From a virus: a stretch of DNA of 64,000 nt. Within the stretch, counting starts at the first letter, position 1; each line of letters begins with the position of its first letter. Of the stretch, positions 29,437-39,026 are shown in pieces. The notes below the pieces were generated by a model that had not been told where the DNA came from, ran no database searches, and saw nothing but the letters and a program-made list of their open reading frames with translations. The stretch is taken from positions 1 to 64,000 of the IMG/VR virus record IMGVR_UViG_3300025000_002059, one strand, 5' to 3'. The translations under genes were made by a program, and so were the position numbers.

Positions 29437-29463
29437 TTTTTATCCTCCTGATTTGTTACAGCT

Positions 29464-29742
29464 TCAAAATGCAGATATGGATCTTTGTTTGCGTTTTACA
29501 ATTAAATCCACGACATCATTCTCGTTATCTATTAATTGTTTAGTCCGCAAAGCAATTATATCAATATTTCTATCAACATTATCAAATCTAATATCATGAT
29601 CGATTTGTTTTTCCTTTATGATACATAGATCATTTTCCATCTTCTCAAAGCGCTGGTCCATCTTTTTTTCCATCTTCTCAAAGCGCTGGTCAATCTTCTC
29701 AAATTGCTTTAAGACTAAATCCTGAAATTTTTCATTATCCAT
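29464..29742 (-). CDS. Coiled-coil protein, MDNEKFQ paralogue
   Basis: MDNEKFQDLVL and DQRFEKM repeats. Confidence 0.65.
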   Translation of the reverse strand: MDNEKFQDLVLKQFEKIDQRFEKMEKKMDQRFEKMENDLCIIKEKQIDHDIRFDNVDRNIDIIALRTKQLIDNENDVVDLIVKRKQRSISAF

Positions 29743-29780
29743 TTTTTTATCCTCCTATAATTTGATTTAGCTGCCTTTTT

Positions 29781-30077
29781 TTATTCCCCTTCCATGACAA
29801 GAGAGAATTTTTTCTTAGAAAAATAATTTGTAACATCATCCTTGTTAGGTTCTCTTTGTAATCCTCTAATCTGAATAGCAACGAGTTCAATTTCGTCATG
29901 ATGTTGCCTAGCGTGTTTGTCGAGTTTATCTAACTGATAAGAATTTGCAGAAAATTGTTGCTGTATTTCTCCGAAATGCCTTACTACTATTTCCTGAAAT
30001 TTTTCATTACTTTCCAGTTTTTTATCAATTTTATCAAGCCTTTCAAGAATCAGTTCCTGAAATTTTTCATTATCCAT
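29781..30077 (-). CDS. Coiled-coil protein, MDNEKFQ paralogue
   Basis: MDNEKFQELIL, with NEKFQE repeated internally. Confidence 0.65.
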   Translation of the reverse strand: MDNEKFQELILERLDKIDKKLESNEKFQEIVVRHFGEIQQQFSANSYQLDKLDKHARQHHDEIELVAIQIRGLQREPNKDDVTNYFSKKKFSLVMEGE

Positions 30078-30210
30078 CTTTTATCCTCCTATACTTTGTC
30101 CAATTATTATAGCATATTGAAGCGGGATATGTTGACCATGTGTGTTCCATATGCACTGCATTAGCCACGTCTACACACTCCGTCATTTTTCATATCCCGC
30201 GCTTCAACTA

Positions 30211-30254
30211 TATACAGTTTAACATTATTCTATGAATTATGCAATACATATATC
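30211..30254 (-). promoter_or_regulatory. Repeated early sigma-A promoter
   Basis: Minus strand TTGCAT-17-TAAACT. Confidence 0.7.
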
Positions 30255-30627
30255 AAGTACAATTACTTCCATTACGAGCTTTAAAATTACTTGATATCAT
30301 CCCAATTCTTGCCCGGCTAATTTCCTGAGCAGCAGCATCAATTTTAGTTATCATTTCTTCTCCCCTATTAATTTTAAGGCCACAGATTCTACAGTAATTT
30401 GCACCGGGACCGTGTTCTTCATTTCGGCACCGTGGGCATTCATGCACCAGCATGAAGGTACCTTCATTTATTTCTTTGTTCATATTGGTAAGGCGAGCAG
30501 CGATCCTTCTGTATAATTCCAACTTTTCCTGCAGCCCAGCCAGTAATGATTCATCCGGGGAGAAGGATATCTTAAATTCCAAATCTTCAATATAGGTTAG
30601 ATAACGAGCGATATCAACTTTCAGCAT
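30253..30627 (-). CDS. Hypothetical protein with zinc ribbon
   Basis: CPRC.NEEH...ANYCRICG. Confidence 0.55.
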   Translation of the reverse strand: MLKVDIARYLTYIEDLEFKISFSPDESLLAGLQEKLELYRRIAARLTNMNKEINEGTFMLVHECPRCRNEEHGPGANYCRICGLKINRGEEMITKIDAAAQEISRARIGMISSNFKARNGSNCT

Positions 30628-30652
30628 CTAAAATATCCCTCTACCTTTCAGA

Positions 30653-30853
30653 TTAATAGACTTTCATAATCCGGTACTTTTTATTGAATTTTATCAAGTC
30701 CCAGCTTTCGCTCTTTTCGCCGATCTTTAATGTTTGATTGTCATCATTGAATCCCAGAACTGGTTTAGTCCAGACTAAATCATGGTGATTATTTATTGCG
30801 TAAACTTCAAATTCAATCTTTAATGTTTTACGATTAACGGCTAATTCCATCAT
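30653..30853 (-). CDS. Hypothetical protein
   Basis: ORF in the leftward early cluster. Confidence 0.45.
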   Translation of the reverse strand: MMELAVNRKTLKIEFEVYAINNHHDLVWTKPVLGFNDDNQTLKIGEKSESWDLIKFNKKYRIMKVY

Positions 30854-31254
30854 TTGCGAGCCATCTCCTTATTCATTCCAATCTTCATCGATTTCGTTTT
30901 CATCACAATAATCGGTGTATTCATTTTTTATATCTTCCCAAACGGTAGAAATGTCTTCCTCCGAATGACCACGAACAATCATATTTTCTCTCATAAGTTG
31001 ATACGGATAATAGTTATTCTCGATTCGCCATTCCCTGAATCCCATTTTGTTTTCCTCCGTTCGTCATATACTTATTCGCTGATTGCATCAATCCGGATGA
31101 AGTTATCTTTATCTTGGAGTTTTGCGATGAATTTATCCAGCGCAGCCCGCGTTTTGAATTCCTTTTCTTTTCCGACCATTTGATCTTTGCGATTTATTTC
31201 AATCCATTTTATAGCTAACATTTTTCATTCCTGCCTTTCGTCCTGTCCCCTTCG

Positions 31255-31302
31255 ACATCTGTATATTAACATTATTCTATGATTTATGCAATACATATAT
31301 CA
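31255..31302 (-). promoter_or_regulatory. Repeated early sigma-A promoter
   Basis: Minus strand TTGCAT-17-TAATAT. Confidence 0.7.
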
Positions 31303-31389
31303 TTTAGTAATGATCTATTTTTTGGCTATTAATCTTTTTGTGCTTAAAAGCGGAGCGCCTGTGGTTCAGGAAGCTCCGCCTTATTTTGT

Positions 31390-32241
31390 TTAGCATGCTT
31401 TGATTTTTGCCATTTCGTCTGCGAGGATCCAGAGTGCCCGGTTTAGTTTTACATTGCCATCTATGGAGTTTACAGCCCTTGTCGTTGCCCTTCTTCCACT
31501 TGCGGACCGTCCACTTTGTCCACCACGAATTAGATTCTCTTGCACCACGTTAAACTTTGTCCATAAGTCTGATTGCCTATCTTCTTGGCGCTTTATTGCT
31601 AGTAACTGATTGGGAAGGATTGGTGCGCTACTTTCTCGCCATTGTCCTTCTTCGACTTCATCCTTGTCATATTTTAAGGCTAATGAAGCTTTAGCAAAGG
31701 CTTCCTGCTCTTTTACGCTCATAGGTATTTGCTTCATTCTTTCCATGCTTTCATTCGCTAGATCGAATTCATTCATGATACGGAAAGCACCTTCTACAAC
31801 ATTATCAACGATATTTCCCTTATGGAGAACTCTGATATCCTCTACAATATCGCCAGTGATCATTCCGTTTGAGCAAATGTGGCGGATCATTCCGGATACC
31901 ATTCTGTAGCTACTTGTTCCATCGTGTGAATTAATCAATACAATTTCATTCGATTCAGTCCTTGTGATTCCATCCATTTTACGGAACCGCATTAGATGCT
32001 TAGTAAATTCCGCCTTACCCTCGATTCTGCTTCTTCCCTGTGCTACAGCGAAGGGGAAAAATCCTTCTTTTCTAAGACCTTCTACGACTTCGATTGTGGG
32101 AATGTAAGTGTACCGTGCGGACCTTGATTCATGTTTTTCTACTGCGAAGATCGATGGCGCTACTCTGAAAAGTTGTTCATTGTCCATTGGTCTGTCCATT
32201 GTGATAATTCCTGCTCCACCCATTCTGGTTTGTATTGTCAT
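31390..32241 (-). CDS. DUF932 family protein (plasmid/ICE leading-region type)
   Basis: APSIFA..KHESRS.RY.YIPT, NSHDGTSSY, CSNG and DLWT.FNVVQEN. Confidence 0.85.
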   Translation of the reverse strand: MTIQTRMGGAGIITMDRPMDNEQLFRVAPSIFAVEKHESRSARYTYIPTIEVVEGLRKEGFFPFAVAQGRSRIEGKAEFTKHLMRFRKMDGITRTESNEIVLINSHDGTSSYRMVSGMIRHICSNGMITGDIVEDIRVLHKGNIVDNVVEGAFRIMNEFDLANESMERMKQIPMSVKEQEAFAKASLALKYDKDEVEEGQWRESSAPILPNQLLAIKRQEDRQSDLWTKFNVVQENLIRGGQSGRSASGRRATTRAVNSIDGNVKLNRALWILADEMAKIKAC

Positions 32242-32343
32242 TTTATTTTCCTCCTATTTATTTATATATTTTACTTTTTTTTCAACACCACATCTGTAGT
32301 ATACCATAATTGTTGACATTGTCAACAGTATTATAAAAAAAGT

Positions 32344-32598
32344 TTACAATCCAATTTTGGCCAAAATCAAATTTTCATAATCCGGACCATCTCCGGCACA
32401 AATAAAGGACTTCTTCTGGTAGAAATTATCCTTCAGCCAATAGATTTTCTTCTGGACCTCCCAACTAATATCGTTGTTCCCCGCCATGATCGCGAAAGCT
32501 TTATCAAAAGAATTTTTTGCAGCTATCTTATTATCATTTCGCATATGTCTGGATGAATTATTCAAGGCCCGGATTATCAAGATTTCATTTTTGTTCAT
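32344..32598 (-). CDS. Hypothetical protein
   Basis: ORF with GAGG RBS. Confidence 0.45.
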   Translation of the reverse strand: MNKNEILIIRALNNSSRHMRNDNKIAAKNSFDKAFAIMAGNNDISWEVQKKIYWLKDNFYQKKSFICAGDGPDYENLILAKIGL

Positions 32599-32621
32599 TT
32601 CAATCTACCTCGCTTTTGTTT

Positions 32622-32783
32622 TTATTTTCGCGACTTCGAATTTTTTCCCATTTCATATGCTTTTTCCAGCATTTCTTTGAGTGTCCATATCGATATTTCA
32701 TGGAAATCAAAGCTATCGGAATTTCTAGTTTCTAAGGTTTCAATTCCAGCAATTTTTGCGATTTCTAATAATTTATTTTCCAT
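32622..32783 (-). CDS. DUF6900-like small protein
   Basis: GIETLETRNSDSFDFHEISIW.LK.MLEKAYE.G. Confidence 0.7.
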   Translation of the reverse strand: MENKLLEIAKIAGIETLETRNSDSFDFHEISIWTLKEMLEKAYEMGKNSKSRK

Positions 32784-32817
32784 TTTTTTATTTCCCTCGC
32801 TTTTTGTTTTTTCTTGA

Positions 32818-32867
32818 CCACATGTGTATATTAACTCTAAAACATGATTATTGCAATACATATATCA
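32818..32867 (-). promoter_or_regulatory. Repeated early sigma-A promoter
   Basis: Minus strand TTGCAA-17-TAATAT-ACACATGTGG. Confidence 0.75.
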
Positions 32868-32928
32868 TGTTAATACTCATCCATATGTTGTCAATCGCAA
32901 CATGGAGAAAAAGAAAACAAAGAGATAT

Positions 32929-33162
32929 TTACTCTTTGTTTCCTTTGGCGCTGGTGGAGCCGTTTAATGATAACCACTGGAGGATTTGATTCTTAGTCCA
33001 GAATGGACGTTTACCAACATGGGTGGCGGGCTTTGGCAGCTTCCCGCGTTCTAGGTAGACTGATACTTTTCGACGGTCCCAGCCGATGAGTAGCCCGACT
33101 TCCGTGGTGCCCAATAGTTCAGGTAGTGCAGAAACTTCTTCCATGATTTTATCTTCGTTCAT
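32929..33162 (-). CDS. Helix-turn-helix DNA-binding protein
   Basis: LLGTTEVG.LIGWDRRKVSVY..RG.LPKP...RPFW. Confidence 0.7.
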   Translation of the reverse strand: MNEDKIMEEVSALPELLGTTEVGLLIGWDRRKVSVYLERGKLPKPATHVGKRPFWTKNQILQWLSLNGSTSAKGNKE

Positions 33163-33171
33163 TTATATCCC

Positions 33172-33414
33172 TCATTTAAATTTTATAAGATTTTTATCTT
33201 TCAAGGCAGAAACGATACGTTCACATTTTTCCTCGGTCGATAAACAGCATTCAAGATAAATTCCTATCTTTTGAAACTTCCAAAGATTTGCCCGGATTCG
33301 GTCAAGAAATTGATCGAGTGAAGCGAATTGTTCTGGGTCGAATGTGTTCTCCCAATAGGTTGTCATGATATCTATGGCTGGGGTGCCTTGCTCAAATTCA
33401 AGTGTTTCATCCAT
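33172..33414 (-). CDS. Hypothetical protein
   Basis: ORF downstream of amidoligase. Confidence 0.5.
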   Translation of the reverse strand: MDETLEFEQGTPAIDIMTTYWENTFDPEQFASLDQFLDRIRANLWKFQKIGIYLECCLSTEEKCERIVSALKDKNLIKFK

Positions 33415-33505
33415 TTCAAAATACCTTCTTTCTACTTCATAAGCTTAACATTTTTGTCGCGTTTGTCAACATGGAAAGAATGGGAAGGGTGAGCCAGAAG
33501 CCCGC

Positions 33506-34390
33506 CTAAGCGGGTCTTCTGCCACTCCGGAAGGAACTATCCCCTTCAAGGTTTTTCATCAAGTGGAGCCGCGCTGTGGCGAACTCTGGGCCAATCATCC
33601 CTAGACGGAGCAGCCAGCATCTGAATGAATATTTGGCATTTTCAGTTTGGCTTTTGCTGGCCTTGCTGGACTTTTGGCAGATTGCCTGAGCAGATACTGC
33701 GAGACAAAACTGAATATAAGATTTGATTTTTCCAGCATGGAGTGTTGCGTTGAAATAGCGGAACTCGACAGTCGAAGCATACCAGACATTGTGGAGATTT
33801 AGGCCATGATACCGAGTTGAATTATAATGGCCGGATGAATGTGTTCCTTCATACCAGATATTGCCGAGTGTTTCTAGGTCGTTGGGTTTGATTTGATTAA
33901 TGCCATTTACCAGATTTTGTTCAACTGGCTTACAATAGGAGATTTTACGATTGTAGTTTACGCCAAAAGCTTCGAATATGAGGTCTTCTTTTGAGTAGAC
34001 GATGTTTATAAGATTGCGGAGCGTTTTAGCATTGTGGGCATCTTTGCCAACATGGATATGAATTCCGCATGAATTATTTACGACTGCGCCACCTTTGCGA
34101 AGGAGACGAACAATTTCTTGTAGGGTTTCGATATCGCCATAGTTCAGGATTGGAGTAACTAATTCGCAAGAATAATCCCGGCTGGCTGCTGCGCCACTTT
34201 TCAGCATTGTGGCGATTGAGCCATCGGAGACAATTTTCCATGTTCGACCTGAGTTATCGCGGGCATTCGTTCCCATCGTTCCATTTCCAAAATATTGACC
34301 AATTATATTAGCTGCCTGCTGGCGTGTGATTCCGGTAAATTCAATTTCAACTCCAAATGTTTGATTTTTAATTACTGCTAAATTTTCCAT
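33506..34390 (-). CDS. Putative amidoligase (COOH-NH2 ligase) family protein
   Basis: FGVEIE, DGSI, ELVTP, CGIHIHV, RYHGLN and TVEFR motifs. Confidence 0.88.
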   Translation of the reverse strand: MENLAVIKNQTFGVEIEFTGITRQQAANIIGQYFGNGTMGTNARDNSGRTWKIVSDGSIATMLKSGAAASRDYSCELVTPILNYGDIETLQEIVRLLRKGGAVVNNSCGIHIHVGKDAHNAKTLRNLINIVYSKEDLIFEAFGVNYNRKISYCKPVEQNLVNGINQIKPNDLETLGNIWYEGTHSSGHYNSTRYHGLNLHNVWYASTVEFRYFNATLHAGKIKSYIQFCLAVSAQAICQKSSKASKSQTENAKYSFRCWLLRLGMIGPEFATARLHLMKNLEGDSSFRSGRRPA

Positions 34391-34430
34391 TTTTATGTCC
34401 ACTCCCTGCTGTTTTTTGTTGTGTGCCTTG

Positions 34431-34480
34431 CCACATCTGTATATTAACTCTAAAACATGATTTATGCAATACATAAATCA
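34431..34480 (-). promoter_or_regulatory. Repeated early sigma-A promoter
   Basis: Minus strand TTGCAT-17-TAATAT-ACAGATGTGG. Confidence 0.75.
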
Positions 34481-34564
34481 AAGTAGTGTGCATCCAATTT
34501 GTTGCAAAAAAAGAAGGCTTTTTCAGCCTTCAGATGGAATACCCTATTTTGATTTATTTATTTT

Positions 34565-35128
34565 CTACAGTGATTCGTAAGCTTTCATTTGAAGATTATA
34601 TTCAAACTGGACCATCTGGAAGTCATTGTCCCACTTGGAGATTGCCCTGACCAGAGTATCATGTTTAACTTTTGAGTCAATCTTGATCCCCTTCAGCGCA
34701 ACGTAAGCTTTTGTCTGAAGATCAGTTTCAAACTTAATCATCTGGTAGTCAGTACCCCATTTTCCTGTTGCGGCACTCTTGATAACAGCTGTAACATTAT
34801 TTGCATCCATTTCTGATACAGGATTAGTGTATGTCGGGGATGATTCTGCTACTGGGGCCGGGTCCGGAGCCGGAACTGGAGCCGGAACTGGAGTAGGAGC
34901 CGGAACTGGAGTAGGAGCCGGAGTAGGAGCCGGAGCATTGTCTACAACTTTTGTTTCGTTATTCGGTGTCTTTGTTTCCTGATTTTCATTGGAACCAATC
35001 GATATCAAAGTTAGGAGACAAATAAATAATACACCAAGTGCCTGTTTCCTGTTTTTTATTTTATAGAATTTACCTCGAATTAAGGATACCATACCAACTA
35101 TGAATGTTATTACTGCTAAAAATCCCAT
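34565..35128 (-). CDS. Membrane-anchored protein with Pro-Ala linker
   Basis: Two N-terminal TM segments, PAPTPVPAP repeat, duplicated KW..D.QM..FE..LQ.KAY domain. Confidence 0.65.
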   Translation of the reverse strand: MGFLAVITFIVGMVSLIRGKFYKIKNRKQALGVLFICLLTLISIGSNENQETKTPNNETKVVDNAPAPTPAPTPVPAPTPVPAPVPAPDPAPVAESSPTYTNPVSEMDANNVTAVIKSAATGKWGTDYQMIKFETDLQTKAYVALKGIKIDSKVKHDTLVRAISKWDNDFQMVQFEYNLQMKAYESL

Positions 35129-35510
35129 TATTTTTTCCCCCTTAAATTTTTACTCTTTTATCTTCCATTATCTTTTCTCATTTTAGCCCACTTTCTCAAT
35201 TACGATACCTATAAATTTCATACGATTCTCCCACGGCATCACACATTTTCTGAAGTTCATCCCTTGTGACTTTCACTTGAAATATCCCTCGTCTTTTATG
35301 AAGTCCCGGCAATTGATCCCGCCATACTTTTCCTCTTCGCAAGCAGCGCTGCAGCCGTACTGGTATCCCCAGAGACATCCGGAGCACTTCGGGACCAGAT
35401 GATATTTCTTCGAACTTTTTACCAATTTCATATTTACCATTTCCTTTCATAGTTGCCATTGTCAACATGTGGGCACAAATATTGAATATTTCAGTTTGTT
35501 TTCCCTTCGT

Positions 35511-35553
35511 CCACATTTACAGTTTAGCTCTAAATAATGAATGTTGCAACACG
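35511..35553 (-). promoter_or_regulatory. Repeated early sigma-A promoter
   Basis: Minus strand TTGCAA-17-TAAACT-GTAAATGTGG. Confidence 0.7.
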
Positions 35554-35604
35554 TTTTTCATAGTAGTTTGCATCCAATTTGTTGCATTTTGATTCTCAAA
35601 TTTC

Positions 35605-35805
35605 TCAACCCCACATTCCACATGATGAATTGAATCTTTCCTCGGCTTCCTCTAGTGTTTCAGCCCCATACTTTCCCCAATAATAACCAATTTCATTCAT
35701 AGATTCAGCACATACAAGATAAGGGTAATTACCTTCTACTTGGAATATATATTTTTTGCATTTTCCCTCGACTTCTTCTTTAATTATTTTCATCTTATTT
35801 TCCAC
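35605..35805 (-). CDS. Hypothetical protein
   Basis: ORF in the leftward early cluster. Confidence 0.45.
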   Translation of the reverse strand: MENKMKIIKEEVEGKCKKYIFQVEGNYPYLVCAESMNEIGYYWGKYGAETLEEAEERFNSSCGMWG

Positions 35806-36237
35806 CTTTCTAATTAAAACAAATTTTGATGTTCTTTAAGGATGGCATTCATTTCTGACTTGATCTTGAATAATTTTATTTCGTTGGCATTGAAGGAAGC
35901 AACGTCCCCAGAATATCTAGCCATGAATCCTTTGAGTGAGGGTTTCGCGCTGCCCATTTCCTTTTTGTAGCTTTTGCCAACCAAGGCCCTATATTTTGCG
36001 ATTCTTTCTAAATCGAATTTATCCATTTTTACATTTCCTCCTTTACTTCTTCGCAAGAAATTATTTTGTAACCAGAAGATCCAGCGCATGGCTTTCTGCA
36101 AATGAAACCAACTTCAAACTTGACTGATGTTGTTTCGGTGTAGAGTTTTCCCTTAAGGGTTCCACTTGTAAATTCTCTCGTTACGATATATTTCATTTTT
36201 TTATTTACCACCTTTGCGTTTTTTTGTTTTCCCTTGT

Positions 36238-36287
36238 CCACATCTGTATATTAACATTATTATATGAATTACGCAATACATTATTCA
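36238..36287 (-). promoter_or_regulatory. Repeated early sigma-A promoter
   Basis: Minus strand TTGCGT-17-TAATAT-ACAGATGTGG. Confidence 0.7.
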
Positions 36288-36424
36288 ATAATAATAAGAC
36301 TTAAATTCTTCCATATAAAAAGGGTCTTTTGTAATTTATTGTTGGTTAAGTGACAACTAAAAGAACCCGTTGATCTACATTCAACGGGTTAAATACATAA
36401 AATCCTTAAGTGAGAAACTAAAAA

Positions 36425-36631
36425 TTATTGTTTTGTCCGATTATTGATTCTGTTTAAATGTTTTTCATGTAAGCCATTTCCAAAACCATTATTCTCATCT
36501 TTCCAAGTGTACCAGAACCCATGTTCAGTATTTTTTATCCCCATAATAACATGTGTTGTTACGTGACCTCCTGCCCAATTAGCATTCACAGTTTCTCCAA
36601 TTTTATATTTTGCCGTTTTATTATTATCCAT
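36425..36631 (-). CDS. Hypothetical protein
   Basis: Overlaps the end of the GGCT gene. Confidence 0.45.
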   Translation of the reverse strand: MDNNKTAKYKIGETVNANWAGGHVTTHVIMGIKNTEHGFWYTWKDENNGFGNGLHEKHLNRINNRTKQ

Positions 36632-37139
36632 TTACTTTCTCTCCTTCACGTTCCCAAGCTTGGAACCAAGAATTTATGGATCGCTCGGAAGCGCCAACAC
36701 AAAGCAGCGTTTCCTTCAAGCCATCGAGACGGATACCAAAATCTTTATAGCCTTGGACAATGGAGTTTAAGTAGCTGGCACCGATCGGATCCACCTTCAT
36801 CCCTTTCTTTACAATCCAGTAGGTTATAGCTCGCCGGGCATGACCATTCTCGTCAACGACTTCCACGATTCCCCGGTCATAAAGTCGCGGGTAGCCTTCA
36901 TACTTATCAAGCGCCTTCAGGCATTCCGGTGTGATTAACCAAAGCCCACCTTCCACGCCAAGAGTAGCGGAACCTTGCTCCGGGAAGATAGTAGCTACTC
37001 CACCAAGGAAGCCAAGCTCGGCACCTCCTAGCGAAGCTGAACAGAGTTTCCTTGCAGCCGGGCAGCGCTTCTTCATTTGAGCGACATTAAGGTTTGATCC
37101 ATAACTAAAGTAAAGCATATTATCTTTGGATATTTTCAT
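36624..37139 (-). CDS. Gamma-glutamylcyclotransferase (AIG2-like) family protein
   Basis: YFSYGSNL..QMK.RCP and LDKYEGYPRLY. Confidence 0.88.
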   Translation of the reverse strand: MKISKDNMLYFSYGSNLNVAQMKKRCPAARKLCSASLGGAELGFLGGVATIFPEQGSATLGVEGGLWLITPECLKALDKYEGYPRLYDRGIVEVVDENGHARRAITYWIVKKGMKVDPIGASYLNSIVQGYKDFGIRLDGLKETLLCVGASERSINSWFQAWEREGEKVNG

Positions 37140-37162
37140 TTTTATTTACCAACTTTCTTAAT

Positions 37163-37456
37163 TTATATTTCCTGAATCCAATCCATATCATCGAAGCTTG
37201 TGAATCCGCCAGCCTTTAGGATTTCCTGCAGCGCCTTTTTCCCGCCAACTGGGATATAAGGAATGAAGGTTTCGTCGCTTTCAAATTTAAGATAGCCCAG
37301 TCTTGGAACAAAGAATGCAAAGCCTTTTGAGATTTCAGTGTATCCTCCCGGACAAGTAAACTTTTTGCCTTTCACGTTGACTATTTGGATTGTATTTTTA
37401 ATTTCTGCTGTTGTCATTTTCAATTTCCACCTTTCAGCTTGTTTTCCCCTTGCCAC
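37163..37456 (-). CDS. Hypothetical protein
   Basis: ORF after a repeated promoter; true start probably MTTAEIK. Confidence 0.5.
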   Translation of the reverse strand: MARGKQAERWKLKMTTAEIKNTIQIVNVKGKKFTCPGGYTEISKGFAFFVPRLGYLKFESDETFIPYIPVGGKKALQEILKAGGFTSFDDMDWIQEI

Positions 37457-37502
37457 ATTTACAGTTTAACTCTGAATGATGATTATTGCAATACATATAT
37501 CA
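37453..37502 (-). promoter_or_regulatory. Repeated early sigma-A promoter
   Basis: Minus strand TTGCAA-17-TAAACT-GTAAATGTGG. Confidence 0.75.
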
Positions 37503-37580
37503 AATAAAATATTATCCAATTATGAACATTGCCGTACTAGATGTAGTACGATATAATAGAAGCAGGGGAGGGACAACAAC

Positions 37581-37820
37581 ATGAGGATTTGCATTGATAA
37601 TACGGATGTTGAGTACAACCTTACCATTGGAAAGGAATACGAGGGAATTGATGACGATGGGCAATTAGTTAATGTCATAGACGATACAGGATTCATGGAG
37701 ACTTATGTCGTAGAACGATTTGAGAAAAAGGGAAAGAACGATTTTATAAAAGGGGATGTTAAAAATAGAAATCACAGAAAAACACCTGAGAACAGTTTGC
37801 AAAATAGGACAAGAACATGA
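37581..37820 (+). CDS. Hypothetical protein (SH3-like)
   Basis: C.DN....LT.GK.YE...V.VIDDTG...Y...RF; preceded by TATAAT and an RBS. Confidence 0.55.
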   Translation: MRICIDNTDVEYNLTIGKEYEGIDDDGQLVNVIDDTGFMETYVVERFEKKGKNDFIKGDVKNRNHRKTPENSLQNRTRT

Positions 37821-37974
37821 CTGTTGCCGATATCTTGTAGTCGGATCGAAAGGATTTGAGTGTGTTAAACACACCAGAATAGCAACGGAGCTAGACTATC
37901 GGGTAAGAGAAAACAAAATGGTCGCTCAAGGTGATAATTGCGTAGGCTATATAATCGTAGGAGGTGATCAATAA
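37756..37974 (+). CDS. Hypothetical Cys-rich protein
   Basis: CKIGQ..CCRYL..GFEC.K..M.A.GDNC. Confidence 0.5.
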   Translation: MLKIEITEKHLRTVCKIGQEHDCCRYLVVGSKGFECVKHTRIATELDYRVRENKMVAQGDNCVGYIIVGGDQ

Positions 37975-37976
37975 AT

Positions 37977-38237
37977 ATGAAAGTAATACCGATATCAAGA
38001 GCGAGAGATAACATCTACCAAATCGTAGAAGAAGCCGTGAAGTTTAGCGAGCCAGTCGAAATCAGCTCGAAGAAAGGTGATGTGGTTATAGTTTCAAAAG
38101 CGGACTGGGGAAGCATTCAGGAAACTTTATACTTGATGTCATTTCCAAAGCTGTGGCAGGACATCGTGGATGCTCACAATACACCACTAGACGAACTTTT
38201 CACCTTGGAGGACTTGGGATGGAATTTGGATGAGTAA
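37977..38237 (+). CDS. yefM: Phd/YefM antitoxin
   Basis: ISRARDNIY..PVEI..KGDVVIVS..DW.SIQETLYL. Confidence 0.9.
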   Translation: MKVIPISRARDNIYQIVEEAVKFSEPVEISSKKGDVVIVSKADWGSIQETLYLMSFPKLWQDIVDAHNTPLDELFTLEDLGWNLDE

Positions 38238-38487
38238 CTATGAAGTAAGATTCAGCAACAGAGCAAAAAAAGATGCTCTAAAATTAGAGCAATCCAATCT
38301 TGACGATAAAGCTAAGGAGTTAGTAAAAATAATTAAAAGTAACCCCTACCAAAACCCGCCACCGTTTGAAAAGCTGGCAGGCGGGGATTATTCTAGAAGA
38401 ATTAATATTCAGCATCGCTTAGTTTATTATGTTTTGAGGGAAGAACGAATAATTGTTGTGACATCGATGTGGACGCATTATGAATGA
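38230..38487 (+). CDS. yoeB: Txe/YoeB mRNA interferase toxin
   Basis: NPYQNPPPFEKL.G..SRRINIQHRLVY and MWTHYE. Confidence 0.92.
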   Translation: MSNYEVRFSNRAKKDALKLEQSNLDDKAKELVKIIKSNPYQNPPPFEKLAGGDYSRRINIQHRLVYYVLREERIIVVTSMWTHYE

Positions 38488-38502
38488 AAGAAGGATTAAG
38501 GA

Positions 38503-38976
38503 ATGAATAGACACCAGCTAGAAAAAATATACGAGGTCAATGGTCTAAAAGATTACAAGCTAAAGCACCCCACGGACCTGATAAGGACCCATGGGATTGA
38601 TTATATTGCGGTCGACGGATTCGACCGACTCGACGAAGCGAACAAGCTTTTATATGCAGAGTTTATCGTTAATTTTTTTAACTGTTTGGGCATGGAGAGC
38701 CGGGCAACGCTGGTGCCCAAGGGTATCTACTACGTCGAGGACGTGGACTTTTCAGTCAAAGAAAACCCGGATGACGAATACCGCATTGCGTCAGGTGGCC
38801 GCGTGATGGCCATCGATCGCAACGGACTTAAAACAGTGCACCGCACATGGACTGACCCAGACTACGCACACCTTGACGCGACAGAGAGCAAGCCTAAACA
38901 ATACCTTAGATTCGAGTATGAGAACGAAGGCCGGGAAGTATGGCAGCATATTATAGATCCCAAAACGTGGTACTAA
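38503..38976 (+). CDS. Hypothetical protein
   Basis: Intact ORF with RBS; higher GC than its neighbours. Confidence 0.55.
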   Translation: MNRHQLEKIYEVNGLKDYKLKHPTDLIRTHGIDYIAVDGFDRLDEANKLLYAEFIVNFFNCLGMESRATLVPKGIYYVEDVDFSVKENPDDEYRIASGGRVMAIDRNGLKTVHRTWTDPDYAHLDATESKPKQYLRFEYENEGREVWQHIIDPKTWY

Positions 38977-38980
38977 AACA

Positions 38981-39026
38981 AAAAAAGCATTCCTGCGCCA
39001 TTCAATCGGCTAAGGAATGCTTTTTT
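38981..39026. terminator. Bidirectional terminator
   Basis: AAAAAAAGCATTCCT...AGGAATGCTTTTTT. Confidence 0.7.
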
